NCBI RefSeq assembly: GCF_006345805.1
Contig: NC_043001.1
Coordinates: 27,962,001 to 28,026,000, forward strand
Direction: 5' to 3'
DNA: 64,000 bases
Origin: Octopus sinensis
Lineage: Eukaryota
Part shown: positions 50,680 to 64,000 of the stretch, piece after piece
Layout: each line of letters begins with the position of its first letter
Position numbering within the stretch: the stretch's first letter is position 1
Made by a program: the position numbers and the translations under genes
The notes under the pieces: generated by a model
Database searches by the model: none
The model's input: only the letters and a program-made list of their open reading frames with translations
Told to the model about the DNA's origin: nothing

Positions 50680-52780
50680 CAATAGTTGCTTTCGCGTATT
50701 CTGAGACTTCCCTACTATATATTTATACCATTTCTTGTCACTTGGAATTTTAGATTACCAGAATATTTTGGGTATTATCATTAAAGCCTTAACTCTATCT
50801 TGCTTGTAAGTGAATTTTTCTTTTGGCTGAGAAAGGTAGTTGGATGTAATAGTATTAATTATTACTTCCCATCTTCCACATGTTGAACAATTAATGAATG
50901 TATTCTCTTAATCACTTGCTTTTTTTGCTATCTAATATTGATCCAGTATAGCAATCGATTATCATTCAGTTTCAGCTGTGTAATCCTCTCTACTCAGCCA
51001 ACTGCAATTTTTACTTTTTATTTCCGTCATTCAATTGTTTTTTACCGCCATGGCTTTAACTTTAGCTCAATTTTTCTTGTTATTCTCTATTTCTCTCAAA
51101 TGTCTATTATCTAAATCTTGAGTTTCTTTTCCTTTTGCTGGCTCCTTTCGGAACAGAAAGCTCTTTTACATTTTCCTCGGTTGTGTTTTGCAGTTATCTG
51201 TATTAGTTTTTCTTTGTCCTGTACTAGATATGTAGACCTACAGTGGACGTTTTAGAATAGTCTTCCCGTTAAAGAAACATCTACGACCATATGTTATAGA
51301 CGTTCTTTGACATATTTGTGTGATGTATTCTAACCACATTTATTATTTTCCTGCTTTTCTATCTTGTCCGACAAATTTATTCAATGTCAAGTACAAAACG
51401 TTATAAAAATAAAATAAATGCGCCCTTTTAAAGCCTAGCCAGGCTCATGGGCCCGGTTTCCCGGTTTCCATGGCGTACGTGTTCCCCAGCTGGACGGGAC
51501 GCCAGTCCATCGCAGCGTCACTCTTTTTTGCCGGCTGAGTGGACTGGAGCAACGTGAAACGAAGTGTTTTGCTCAAGAACACAACGCGTCGCCCGGTCCA
51601 GGAATTGAAACCACAATCTTACGATCATGATGCTGACACCCTAACCACTAAGTCACGCGCCTCCACACAAAACGTTGTAATTATACCTCATTAATCTCTG
51701 ACTGATATTGTATTGATTCTTACTACTTCTAACATTTAGCTCTATTAAAGTATTGAACTAATGAATCTTCTTTAATAGTTCTTCCTTAAAAATGGCTTTC
51801 ATTTGTATGTGTTCTACTGTTTAGTTCGTTTATTCTTAAATATGCGAGTGTCTGCATATCTTGTAACTGCAAATTTCTTTATATAACATTATAATAGTGT
51901 TCATAAATTTCCTCTCTTCAAAGATGAATTTTTTAAATTTCAATCTCTTACGAATTACTTCCGTAAATCCGCCTAGTATACGCAGCAGTGTTTCTAGTTG
52001 ATGATCATGTACACTATCAAACATGAGACCGTCCAAATAGAAGCTAGTTAATTATCTTCACATAATATATGCATTCAAATTCAGTCAGGTTTAACTTTAG
52101 CACCAGATAGAAGTAGGTTGGTGAAAAGTGCCAGCTTGAAATATTCCTCCTTTAATAGAGATTCGGGTTAGTTATAATAATTCCCTATTTTCAGTTATTT
52201 TTAAAATTGTTCGCCATTTTGACATAGCGTTTAAAATATCGGTTTATTACTGATGCTACATTACACGTGACTAATGTTTTCTGCGATTAGACTAAGTAAA
52301 GCCTCCTTATAGTGGAACTAAGAAAAGCCCCCTTATAGTCAGAGTATGCCATGTTTAAAGTCTTCTTTTTTCTAAAGTTATTTTTTGTGATATTATTGAA
52401 GTTAAGGGTTTGTAACCTGTAGAAAAACATGTTATGGGTTTGTAATATTTAGGGCTTGCTCTGTTTTTTTAGTCATTGGTATTAATTCTCCTTATTGAGC
52501 TAATCAGATATTGTTTTTGGTTCATTATACATTTTCTCCATAACTTCATATGCGCCTGTTGAATAATTTAATTGGCGTTTTTTCGACAATTTCTTGGAAT
52601 CATCAAATGTTTCATTTGCTGTAGGACCAGTACTAATTCTTGAATTAATGGTATGCCATGATTATTCGGATGCTGCATTAGTTCTCAAAAATCAAATTCA
52701 GCTCCTTTGCTGTCCATTTTCCATGTTCACCACCACAATACTTCTTGCTGTTCCTACGCTATGAACTGCTGATATTATTT
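50680..52780 (-). mobile_element. Second, older R4/Dong-like relic, interrupted by a SINE
   Basis: LNMAYSDYKGAF (cf. WIDYKKAF); IKGGIFQAG (cf. RGIFQGD); (LLY)LDGLMFDSVHDHQLETLLRILGGFTEVI (cf. YMDDLKL); WLSR..TAETE..IAILDQ (cf. GDL..ETE...A.QDQ); CSTCGRWEVIINTITS (cf. CR.C...ET..HI.S.C). Confidence 0.65.
51420..51668 (-). mobile_element. tRNA-derived SINE family C
   Basis: The minus strand reads GGAGGCGCGTGACTTAGTGGTTAGGG...GGTTTCAATTCCTGGACCGGGCGACGCGTTGTGTTCTTGAGCAAAACACTTCGTTTCACGTTGCTCCAGTCCACTCAGC. Confidence 0.85.
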
Positions 52781-52975
52781 TCACTTAGTTTTTAATAACA
52801 TTCTACTGGATTAGAGCCAAGCTAATTTGTTTTGTTCTAAATGTCGCGGTAACCTTTTTCATAAGGAGAAATTCGTTGCGATTTAGCGAGGATTACTTCT
52901 TTCAGGCAAATTTACTTTGATTTGGCGCACTTCTGTTTATCTTAGAACCTTTAAAGATATTATTGTGAGAAAGAG

Positions 52976-53090
52976 CAGGCGTGGCAGTGTGATAAATAAA
53001 TTGTTTCCTAAACACATGGTTCTCGGTTCCGTTCCACTGCATGGCCCCTTAGACAAGTGTCTTGAGACGACCAAAGCCTTGTGAGTGGAT
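52976..53090 (+). mobile_element. SINE family M 5' half
   Basis: AGGCGTGGCAGTGTG...CACATGGTTCTCGGTTCCGTTCCACTGCATGG..GACAAGTGTCTT..GACCAAAGCCTTGTGAGTGGA. Confidence 0.8.
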
Positions 53091-53140
53091 ACATACATAC
53101 ATACATACATACATACATACATACATACATACATACATAC

Positions 53141-53268
53141 ACTCACAAGGCTTTGGTCGGCCCGCGGCTATAGTAGAAGACACTTTCCCAAGGTGCCGTG
53201 CAGTGGGGCTGAACTTGAAACCATATGGTTGGTAAGCAAGTTACTTACCACACAGCCACTCCTGAGCC
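53141..53268 (-). mobile_element. SINE family M 5' half, inverted relative to 52976-53090
   Basis: ACTCACAAGGCTTTGGTCGGCCC..CTATAGTAGAAGACAC...TACTTACCACACAGCCACTCCTGAGCCT. Confidence 0.85.
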
Positions 53269-53669
53269 TATATACTGCTTTTTTTTGTTTCATTTTATTA
53301 TCAATGCTCTGGGTACTCCTATTTCTATTGCTATTTCATTGGCAAGTTCTATCCTTCGTGATACGTTTTTCAGTTCATAATCTAATCTTTCACCGATTTT
53401 AATTTATTAGCTATTTCCATCTCATATTTATAATTTCTGCCATTAGAATCTTCCGCTCTTATTCAATTCTAATATTCCCTTCCATGTATATTATTTAATT
53501 TTTTGGTCAGCTGTCTGCAAATTCCAGGATATGGTTTAGTAATGAGTCTTTATTCATTTAGTTCGTTTAGCAAATATTAGGTCGCTCTTTGTGATCCATG
53601 ATCCTAATATTTTCATTCTGGTTCGTTTTCTCTTTGCTGTTGTTGTTATTATTGTTGTTTTTGTCAAGC

Positions 53670-53840
53670 ATTATTTCGTCTGTCTTAACGTTCTGAGTTC
53701 GAATTATCCAAGGCCGGCTTTGCTTTTCATCCTTTCAAGGTCGAAAAATGACGTGCTAGTTGAGTGCTGGGGTCAATGGAGTCGACTACCTCTCTCCGCT
53801 AAACAATCTCAGACCTTGTGTCTATGGTAGAAACGATTAC
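53670..53840 (+). mobile_element. SINE family A, 5'-truncated
   Basis: ATTTCGTCTGTCTTAACGTTCTGAGTTCGAATT..CTTTGCTTTTCATCCTTTCAAGGTCG...GACCTTGTGTCTATGGTAGAAACGATTA. Confidence 0.8.
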
Positions 53841-55316
53841 TTCTTTAAGTTTTTCCTAATGGTTATGTTACTTTTTGGCCGGAGAATACATATAAAAAGA
53901 GCCGCGTTTTGTGTACTGCAGTTAGTTTGAGATTAAGGTTAGTTTCCTTCCAAATTTTATTCAAAAGATTTTCCTTGTTTCGTTTTATGGTTAGAGTACA
54001 GCTATATAATAATCACAGGAATAAAGTATTCATTCCACGTCCGTTTAAGGAATTTTTAAGTGTGTGTGTGTGGGGGTGGGGTTGTGTGTGGAGGTGGAGG
54101 TGGTGGTGGTGCGTCTGTGTGTGCGTAGCAAAATTTGGTAAGTAATATCCAGTGTTTTTCAACTTGTCAGTTTCCTTGGGTAACTGTATATTTGTGTCTG
54201 GCTATACCTAGTTTTCACGTTATTTTTGATGCGGTATTTTTTATGGTTTAAATTTAAAGTACGAATTTCCATTTTAACATTGCTAGGAATAACAAGGTTC
54301 TTATTTGTAACCTTTTTGCCTGGTAATTTTAGACAGCATTATCTAGAAGATTTGACTTCATTTCCAACTCTTTATGAACTGACACGTATCATTCTCTGAA
54401 ACATTTTCAAATATATCATCGCACATGTTCTTTAAACTTAAGAAATATCAACAAAACACTGCTCTTATTGCTGGCATTTATGAGCTGGGTAAACATACGG
54501 AAAGAAAGAAAGAAATCTGCAAGATATTGGAACTAACTGAGAAGCATTGATAAGTGATTGATTATAACGATAAACATATATATGCCTATGAGCGGCGCAA
54601 TTCTGGAACATGTTCATGTTGTTAGGAGATTCCTCACATTATAGTTGTTAATATTCCTAAAAATGGTTTGCTCTTAGGAATGGGAAAGATACTACCAGAA
54701 GAGTTTTGAGCAACTGATGGCATATTGAAATCAGGTGGATATCTAAGGTTACAGGTAGCAATCCACTAACCGCATTAATTCTACCAGGAATAAGATCAAT
54801 ACTGAGTAAAGAAGACAATTGTAATAATATGCTGTAACACAATGCAAGGAGTACAGACAGTGTACAGAACACATACTGTACGAAATGACACCAGCCAATT
54901 TAATAACCTAACATATACTATCAGATACAACTCTAACACCCCAGCTTAGGTAGCTCGTATTCTATACACTTGTCTCCAATAATGTAGTGCAACCTACACA
55001 ACAAATATTCTACTCGATCTTTGTCTGCTACCAATCATACAACAGGTGCGAAACACAACCCGACAGTATAACACAACTCCCAGTGCACATACTTAACATA
55101 ACGGACAAAACACTAAAATAGCATCAGAAATACGGACATAAATTCCACATTCAAAACAAAACGGAAGTAGCTTACAATCCTACATCCCCCGGGAGGTAGC
55201 GCAGCATTTACCTCAGGAACATGAAAGACGTGTATCTGATGATGCCATAAAAGTTTGCGTAAACCTCTTGAAACATATTAATAATAATATTGATAATAAT
55301 AATAATAGTAGTAGTA

Positions 55317-55385
<69 letters not shown>

Positions 55386-55387
<2 letters not shown>

Positions 55388-55528
55388 TCCTACAGTAAGC
55401 ACAAGGTTCCAAAAGAATGTAAAGCAACTTCAAATTCGGTAAAGTTTGAACTTAGAACGTCAAAACGGACGAAACGCCGCTAAGAATTTCCTCCGATTCT
55501 ACTTACGATTCTGCCAGGTTACCATCTT
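55386..55528 (-). mobile_element. SINE family A with internal deletion, between two (TAA)n arrays
   Basis: GCACAAGG...TTTGAACTTAGAACGTCAAAACGGACGAAACGCCGCTAAG...ACGATTCTGCCAG. Confidence 0.65.
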
Positions 55529-55532
55529 AATA

Positions 55533-55597
<65 letters not shown>

Positions 55598-55598
<1 letters not shown>

Positions 55599-55779
55599 GC
55601 ATTGTCGATGTGAGAACTAATACTACCCATGTATTTTAATTTAACTTAAAAAAAAAAAATGAACGAACTATTGAGTTTAGTTTAATGGCCTACCAATGTA
55701 TACTATGAGTTTCTTTGCCCTAGGAGTCGGGAAGACACCCGGCAAGAAATGGAAGCAAATTTGAATGAAGAAAAAAAAC
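55598..55779 (+). mobile_element. Shorter R4/Dong-like 3' end inside (TAA)n
   Basis: Near-identical to 39647-39832 (AGCATTGTCGATGTGAGAACT...GAAATGGAAGCAAATTTGAA). (TAA)n on both sides. Confidence 0.88.
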
Positions 55780-55899
55780 AATAATTATAATAATAATAAT
55801 AACATAAAAATATTGCATAGAAAATAACATAGAATAGAAGAAAGACATGTTAAAAAACTGATTTATCGATCTGACCTGGCCAGACACTTTCAACAATTA

Positions 55900-56005
55900 T
55901 AAAGACGTGAATCCTAAGAAAGACACTTGAGCTTTGAGGAGACTTGGTGACACCAAATCTCAAGACAACGCCCTGATAACTAACGTAGCACGTGATAGTT
56001 ATAAC
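55900..56005 (+). mobile_element. Possible different Dong-like 3' UTR ending in (TAA)n
   Basis: TTGAGGAGACTTGGTGACACCAAATCTC..CTAACG.. followed by (TAA)n. The resemblance is recalled from memory, not verified. Confidence 0.3.
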
Positions 56006-56012
56006 GGTAACT

Positions 56013-56059
<47 letters not shown>

Positions 56060-56432
56060 TTATTAGTAGTAACTTTGTAAGTAGTAATTTTGTAAGAGAA
56101 ATAAAAAAAGCAAAGCTTAAATTTCAGAAACATATTTATTATCATCCATACCATTATACCAAGCATACCATCAAAGCATTGGGGGGAAAATAGAAAAAAA
56201 AACAGTAAGATGCAAATGAGAACAAAATATATATATATATAACACAATGATTTTTTCACCGTTTTTGCTTTAATCGTATAAAGACCCACCCCAATAATAT
56301 CCAAGTTTAATGTTGATCGTCTTTACTGGAAGTATAAAATATAATGACAGCAACAACACATAGAGAAGAAACAATGAGTGGTAACAAGGAAATTGATAAC
56401 AACAAGAAAAACCTCACACATGACTATATATA

Positions 56433-56481
<49 letters not shown>

Positions 56482-56639
56482 CATATATATAATCATGTTT
56501 TCAGTGATGTTTTCTGAAAACAAATCATCATCATCAACAACAGCAATAAGAGAGGGAATGATCACAATGATGATGGTAGTGGTGGTGGTAGTGTGCGTAA
56601 GGATGATGATAATGATGATGAATATAAAATAACATCGGT

Positions 56640-56858
56640 TTTAAGTTTTAGCACAAGGTCAGCAATTTCGGGGTCGGTGGGTGGTAGCTAAGACGATTAC
56701 ATCGAACTCAGTACTCAACTGGAACTTATTTTTATCGAACCCCGGAATGATGAAAAGCAAAGTCGACTTTGGTGAAATTTGAACTCAGAATGTAAAGACA
56801 GATGAAATACCGCTAAGTATTTCGCCCGGCGTGCTAACGATTCTGCCATCTCACCGAC
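56640..56858 (-). mobile_element. SINE family A monomer
   Basis: TAGCACAAGG...AACTGGAACTTATTTTTATCGAACCCCGG..AAAGTCGACTTTGGTGAAATTTGAACTCAGAATG..CGGCGTGCTAACGATTCTGCCATCTCACC. Confidence 0.85.
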
Positions 56859-57380
56859 ATGATAATAATAATAATATTGCTACTAGTATTGGTAGTAAGA
56901 TGATGATACGCTAATTATTGCTTTAGCACAAACATTAACATAACATATATATCCGTTGTAATAATATAATCGAAATAATGGTGCCGGTTATCTTGAAGAT
57001 CTTGACAGCCAATGTCATTATGATCATGATCATGTTGATCATGATTATCACCATGATCCTCATCATCATCGGCATCATGATGATGATGATCATCATCATC
57101 TCCATCGTTATCATTAGCAACGGCAGCAGTGGTTGTGGCAGCAGCAGCAGTAGTAGTAGTAGCAGCAGCGGCAGCAGAATCTTTGTGACCCTACAGAGCC
57201 TCACCACTAATATCGACCAAGTCAATAGTCCTTACCAACTCAAACAAGCGCCGATAAAAACAAAACCGCCACCACCAATACCACCACCATCACTACCTCG
57301 TTTACTTTCATACTCCTTAATTATTGATGTTCCTGTGAGTTACGCGGTCATCCTTCGTCTCTTGCTATTCCACCTTCCTG

Positions 57381-57414
<34 letters not shown>

Positions 57415-57870
57415 CATCATCATTATCATCCTCCTCCTCCTCCTCCTCATCATCATCATCATCATCATCACCGACATCATCATCATTATCGACGTTTCCT
57501 CTCGTTCCATGTCAACGTGATCATCGCCATTGCTGTCTCAATAGTAATTTTTCTAAGTTTTTGATTCATGAAAAAAAATTTTTTTTTCTTTTTCAAAAGG
57601 TAACAGCTATCACGTGATTACCATTAACAATTATAAGCGATGAAAAAAAAAGAGAGAAACAAAAAACAAGTCAACAATAACAACAACAACAAACAATCGA
57701 ATAAATGGAAAATAATAACAAGAACAACAACAACATCAACAAAAACATCAGAGTTTACTAATGAACCAAATATGTTATGATCCTTGCACCGAGTTCAGGT
57801 TCAACAACTCTTCTGTGTTTCTTCAGCAATAATCACAGTGTGCATTGATTGACGTTCTCGACAACACAAC

Positions 57871-58370
<500 letters not shown>

Positions 58371-58900
58371 TGCAGTAGAAAATAAGTATTCTTAACGTTA
58401 AAGAAATGTATATATATGCTTACGGCTGCAGCATTCTTCATTGTGCGTAATGTGCGTAAATGCACCATACACGCATTATGAGAAACACAGACATGTAAAA
58501 TATGTACATATTTATGTATGCGTGTATGTCTCTCTCCCTCATACTCTCTCACTCTCTCTCACAATATATATATATATATATATATGTATATGTGTGTGTG
58601 TATGAATAAAGTAATTTGGTAGTGTACACAATAGTGCATTGGTAATAATATTGTAAGTCAGAGGAAATGAGAGATGAACTCTTTACTTCATTTTTGTACG
58701 TTCGGTATCGTATATAAATATTCTAGGGAACAATTCTTTCATTTTTATTCTGACTAACTTTATTATTACTGCTACCCCACTCCACAGACTCACACACACA
58801 TAGATGTTTATATATATGTATATGTATACACACACTCACACACACAAACATATATATACATATGCATATATATATATATATATATGTACATATACATGCG

Positions 58901-58934
<34 letters not shown>

Positions 58935-59175
58935 TAAAGCATCCACAAATGCAGGTAAATCAAATGCCATACACCGTATACATGCATATACATTCCTATA
59001 CAGACATTCATTAAAGTTCTCGTTTCTTTGCATTGTGGACAGTATGTTTCGGCAAATGTTTCTCGAAACCTGATGACCATGTTGAAAGGAAACTCTGAAC
59101 TAAATATGTTCACTCTCTTTTCAACATTGTAATGCATACATACATATACACACACATACATATATACATACGTAC

Positions 59176-59206
<31 letters not shown>

Positions 59207-60005
59207 CATACATACATTTGTACATACATACATACATGCATATATATGTGTGTGTTTATATACATACATACATACACCTATGTATGTATATGCATATGCG
59301 AATATATATTTACCATTTCACTCAACGGAAACCACATGGTGAATTTGTGCATACTAATGCATATAATTATTTTAGTTTTACTTGTTTGGATAATTTGTTG
59401 TTTGGTGGGAGGTGTTTTTTGATAATATGTTCTTTTTTTTCTTCTTTTTCACATCACAACAATAGAATTAATTGCTTATAAAATTTAATTCATAACAATA
59501 ATTTTCAAACAATTCATAAGAACATTTTTCAAAGATCGAAACTTTGGAAGAAAAACAAAACAACAAACATAAAAAGAGCAATAAAATAAATCAATAACAA
59601 AAACTGTTTCGTAAAAAGTCTTTTGTAACTTCATCAATTTCTTTTTAAAGTACATTGTTACTCCATAATGACTAGTAAACGAAGGGTCCGACGATGTGAA
59701 AAAAAAGTCTTTAAATAATAATAATAATAATAATAATAGTAATAAAATTAATAACAATAATAATAATAATAATTTTATAATCCTTTTAATCGTAATAAAC
59801 ATGATAAATACATGCTTATTATTATAAGAATCCAGTCATAATTACTTTAGAAGAAATGACAATGCACTTTACTCTTCGCTGAAAAGCGAGAGTTGGAAAA
59901 TAGTAACGAGAACAAAAGAAATACAGTCCAAGATTTTCAAGATTTTAATAAACAGGACGAAGTTTTCTACTAAATCTTCTGAGTTTTACTTCGTGTATGT
60001 GTGTG

Positions 60006-60112
<107 letters not shown>

Positions 60113-63100
60113 ATATATATATATATATATTCCTTTTCTAATAACTGTTTCTTACGTGGGCATCAAGCCAGACAAATTTTTTAAATTATAGTTTAGAAGG
60201 TAGGTAGGGAAAGGAGAAATTAATTGTAATATTCCTGCCTTCCCCCAAAGCAATAGCAGTGTGAGAGGAATGAAATAAGTTCGAAAACCGGTTTCGTTTT
60301 CTGCTAGAGCTTATCTCTACCTCACACTGCTCACTACTATTATTTTTTTTCACTTTTTTTCCTTTGTTCGTTAGTGATCCATTTTAAAAAGTTTTAATCT
60401 AATAATATTAATAACAATCCAACACCTCAGTTTCCTTGACAGTGTAGAAGGGTCTCAAATTTTGTCACTTGTTCTCTATTAGTAATTTCGTCAAATGTTG
60501 CTACAATATCTTTAAAAAGTCCTACAAATAATATAAATGTATATACCACAAGGTCCGACTACATTTTTGTTGTTGTTTTCCGTGTTTATAACAAGTTGAT
60601 TTTAAAGGATATTTTTTCTCTCCATTTAATTTACTTTCCAAACATTAATAATCATTTAAACATTTTTTACAAATATTAACGTTTTGTGATTTTTTTTGTC
60701 ATCCATTTCGTTTGTTTGGTTTTTTTTTCCATTTATTTTTTCTTTCATGCTTTTCTTTTCTGTTGCTTTAAAATGTCTTGAAGAAATATTGAGGCAAAAG
60801 AAATCTTTACCGAGTTGCTTAATTACAACAGAAATTTCATCAGAAGTATGTACTGTTCAAAATTCACGAAATCTTTCCGTGTATGTAAGTATGTAAGCAC
60901 ATTAGCATGTAATCATGTATGTGTGCGTGCGTGCGAACCTGTGTGTATATATATGTATGAACTTGTGTGTATGTGTGTCTGTACTTTATTTTCATGATTG
61001 ACACAGAATTTGTTTGAGATTTGACAGCTCTCCGTCGAGGTTTCAACGTAACCTTTTAATTAGTGCTATTTTTATTTTATTTTTGTTGCTGTTCATTTCT
61101 CGCTCATTGACACACAAATAAACAATTACGAACTTAGATTGAAAAATGTTGTAACTCCACTACGTCCACAATTATATTTCTGTGTGTTTGTGTATGTTTT
61201 TCGGCTGTTGTTAATGCAAAATCTTTAAGAGATTCACCAATCTCAACATAAAGTCTACTACGATATCCTCCATTTATCACTTTATAATTTACCTTCTTAT
61301 CTCTTACTGAACATGTGTAATTTTGTACAAAAAACGATGTCTGAAGTATTAAGATATTCATAACAATGATTTAAATGCAGCTGTACTTTTTGGTATTGTT
61401 TCCAGTATATATGGGTGATGACAAATGATGTTATTAGAAGTTTAAAATGGCTGAAGATACAAACATTGAATACTTCGCATATTATCATTATTATTCAGTG
61501 TTATTGTTCTTGCTATTGTTTCTTTATTGATTACATTTCACACAATTTCAGTAACATTTTTCATACATCGATATTTTCCCCTTTAAAATGTATCTAGAAT
61601 CATTGTACAATTTCACATTTTTAATATGTATCTAAGCATTTAGACTTAATAATAGACTATGGAATAAAATAAATGTCCAATGTTTCTAGATTTAATTTCA
61701 ATTATTTATATACAGCAACGTTACTCTAATTCTATGATCAAGTACATATATAATATGATTAGTATTAGTATTGGAATATTAGCGGTCTTAGTAGGTTTAA
61801 TATCAAGCGCGGTAGTAATAGTGGTGGTGGTGGTGACATAAGCATTATTATTATTATCAATAGTAGTAGCAGTAGTAGTAGTAGTAGTATTAATAGTAGT
61901 AGAAGTAGTAACGCGATGCATTACTAAGCATCATGTTACTTGTAGCAAAACGTGACTAACGAACAAATGTTGGTAGCATAACTTGTAATGGTTGTCGTAT
62001 TACTAATGCTTGTAGTTGAGGTTGAAAATATTTTGTGTTTAAAAAAAGCATAAACTCTGTTTTGTTAGTGATAATACTAAATATCGCCAGAACAAAAATC
62101 GGAGAAAATTGGACCAAGTAATAAAATATATTTTTAGGAAGACTCCAATTTTTGAATCATCTGCATGTGCAAAGTATCTCATGGTAGTTGTTAGTGTTAT
62201 TTTGATTATATAATTTTTTTTGCTTGGTTTTTCGAATTTGTAGATGCTGCTGTCATCATAAATGCTATACTGTCGTCACTGGTCCGTTACTTGTTGATTT
62301 CTATTGCCAGTATATTACGTCAAATAAGAATTTGAGTATAAACCTGATGAGAAATTAAATACACACACACATATCTATATATCTGTATTTACATATATAT
62401 GTATACACATTCATCCATCCATCTATACATACATATATATCTATTTCTATACATATATAAATATATATATATTAATATTGACTGTTTACTCCAAAGAATC
62501 GTTATTAAAATTGGCTCCTCAAAAACAGTTACTATGAATATTAGATATTATTTCAGTTCTACGAACAGTATTTGAGTCCTTCATTCATTGAATGTTTATA
62601 TTTACTGTATTAACAATAAAATCCTATTGGTCAAGCATATATGTGTGGGTGTATTTATATGTACGTATTCAAATTTCAAAAAAAAAAAATTATTATTTGG
62701 CACTACTACGAATGCGATTAAGTAGAAAGTATTAAAACTTCACTAACCGAATGGCGTGGCTGATCGTTATGGTAAGGATATTGATTATTAAAATGAGAAT
62801 GTGTAGGACAAGAAGGACGAATGTAATGAGAAGGAAAAGAGGCCGGACAAAGAAAAAGAGGCAATACGAAGGAAAGGAGCTTTCGCCGTAGGAAATAGAT
62901 GGCACATATGATAACTCAGCAGTACCGAAAATCAAAGACAATAACTATACGAAATTAATTTTGATTTCTCCGTGATATTAGGAGAATTAAAAGACTCAAG
63001 CACCGTTATTTTAATATATGGTTGTCACTATATAAAAAAATTGCTGTAGCATAATTTTATCAGGATTGCCAAGCAATTCCTACAATAAATCAGCAGGCAG

Positions 63101-63439
63101 CAGTGGAAGACATAATTTTTTTTATATAGAGTCAACAAAATTGTTTATTGCTGCTCATACTTCTGTAATTCAGAGACATGAGACCTCGGCACGCCAAGTT
63201 AACGAAACATCGTTACGTAAAAATAAACAAACAAATATAAATAGAATCTTTACCGATTATGATATCTATTTTCATCTAGATGGCTAAGGAAGCGAGAATT
63301 ACTTGACTCTTTACATACTTGCTGAGCTGTGCTTGTCATATATAGATGGAGTGTTTTCATTAAAAAAATGGAAATTCTTGCAGCCTCTTAAAATCTCAGT
63401 CAAAGATTATAAATTCTTATTTTTAATCGAAACACAAGT

Positions 63440-63570
63440 TCGTATATTTAGAGAAAGGGGTGAAAGCCCAATTGCTTGGCTGGAACTATGGTTCCTGAAC
63501 TAATATAAGACAAAGTCAACCTCGATAGGATAAGAATTCAGAACGTATTAATGAACAAATATTAGAATAT
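63440..63570 (-). mobile_element. Degenerate SINE family A fragment
   Basis: GGAACTATGGTTCC..GACAAAGTCAACCTCG..GAATTCAGAACGTA. Confidence 0.5.
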
Positions 63571-63639
63571 TAACCACTAACAGCTGTTTCAACATTCGCT
63601 TCAATACGGACAGAGCATTGACAGAATCTTTAGAACATT

Positions 63640-63830
63640 CGATATTTCTTCCGGCACTTAACATCTTCAAAGGAAGTCCCGCTGCTGCTAACTTTACTTT
63701 TCATTCTTTCGTGCTCAAAGAAATAAGTACAGTCATTTACTGGTGCCGTGCTAATTGGCTAACTTCCTCCCCTCAAAATCTTTGGTCTTGTGCTTAAATC
63801 AGAAAATATTATTTATCTCTGAGCTAAGAG
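63640..63830 (+). mobile_element. Degenerate SINE family A fragment
   Basis: ATATTTCTTCCGGC..CTTTACTTTTCATTCTTTCG..AAATAAGTAC..CCCCTCAAAATCTTTGGTCTTGTGCTTAAA. Confidence 0.55.
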
Positions 63831-64000
63831 AAACAATTTAAATAACAAACAACACTTTGTTCGATGTGATTCTCTTTGCTTCAAATCTTGGCTAAAAATT
63901 CAGCATTTTATGCACATCTTCACGGAAATCACTAAAATTAAATATGCATTGAGCCAAGGAAGAAATATCTAGGAATAACACCACAGTCAGCTCTCGTTGT

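Noticed and set aside
56978-57520. 180-aa ORF resembling a membrane protein (hydrophobic I/M run, Ser and Pro runs)
   Set aside because: It is built from degenerate (ATC)n, (AGC/AGT)n and (CCA)n repeats. Similar trinucleotide mosaics occur at ~22300, ~31650 and ~33010, and no splice or homology support is visible.
59040-59100. CTGATGA...GAAAC hammerhead-like string
   Set aside because: No plausible stem I, II or III pairing around the core.

Overview
AT-rich eukaryotic (animal) DNA that looks intronic or intergenic and is saturated with microsatellites ((TA)n, (CA)n, (TACA)n, (GATA)n, (TAA)n, (GA)n) and retroposon debris. The repeat families and microsatellite load look like an Octopus-type cephalopod genome; this is recognised from memory, not from a database search. 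No intact protein-coding gene, rRNA, true tRNA or CRISPR array can be supported, and nearly all listed ORFs are translations of microsatellites. Supported content: (i) several tRNA-derived SINE families, one of which occurs as TSD-flanked head-to-tail dimers and trimers with a fixed ~184-bp period; (ii) relics of non-LTR retrotransposons: a Tx1/L1-like 3' part with zf-RVT, two long R4/Dong-like relics, two short Dong-like 3' ends sitting in (TAA)n arrays, three RTE-like C-termini and an APE endonuclease fragment; (iii) an internally deleted mariner with both TIRs; (iv) a very decayed Helitron Rep relic; (v) Penelope-like termini with hammerhead-like motifs; (vi) several fold-back structures; (vii) weak candidate exons of a possible long minus-strand host gene (27568-27625, 40648-40789). 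The most distinctive signal is a shared 3'-terminal motif (TTGTCC...CCCT(T)GTG(T)G..AATAAAG(G)AAA). It links the Tx1-like LINE, a (GATA)n-embedded fragment and the alternative tail of the multimeric SINE, which suggests a SINE/LINE partnership that builds SINE arrays at a fixed junction. All alignments were done by eye, and boundaries without TSDs or TIRs are approximate.
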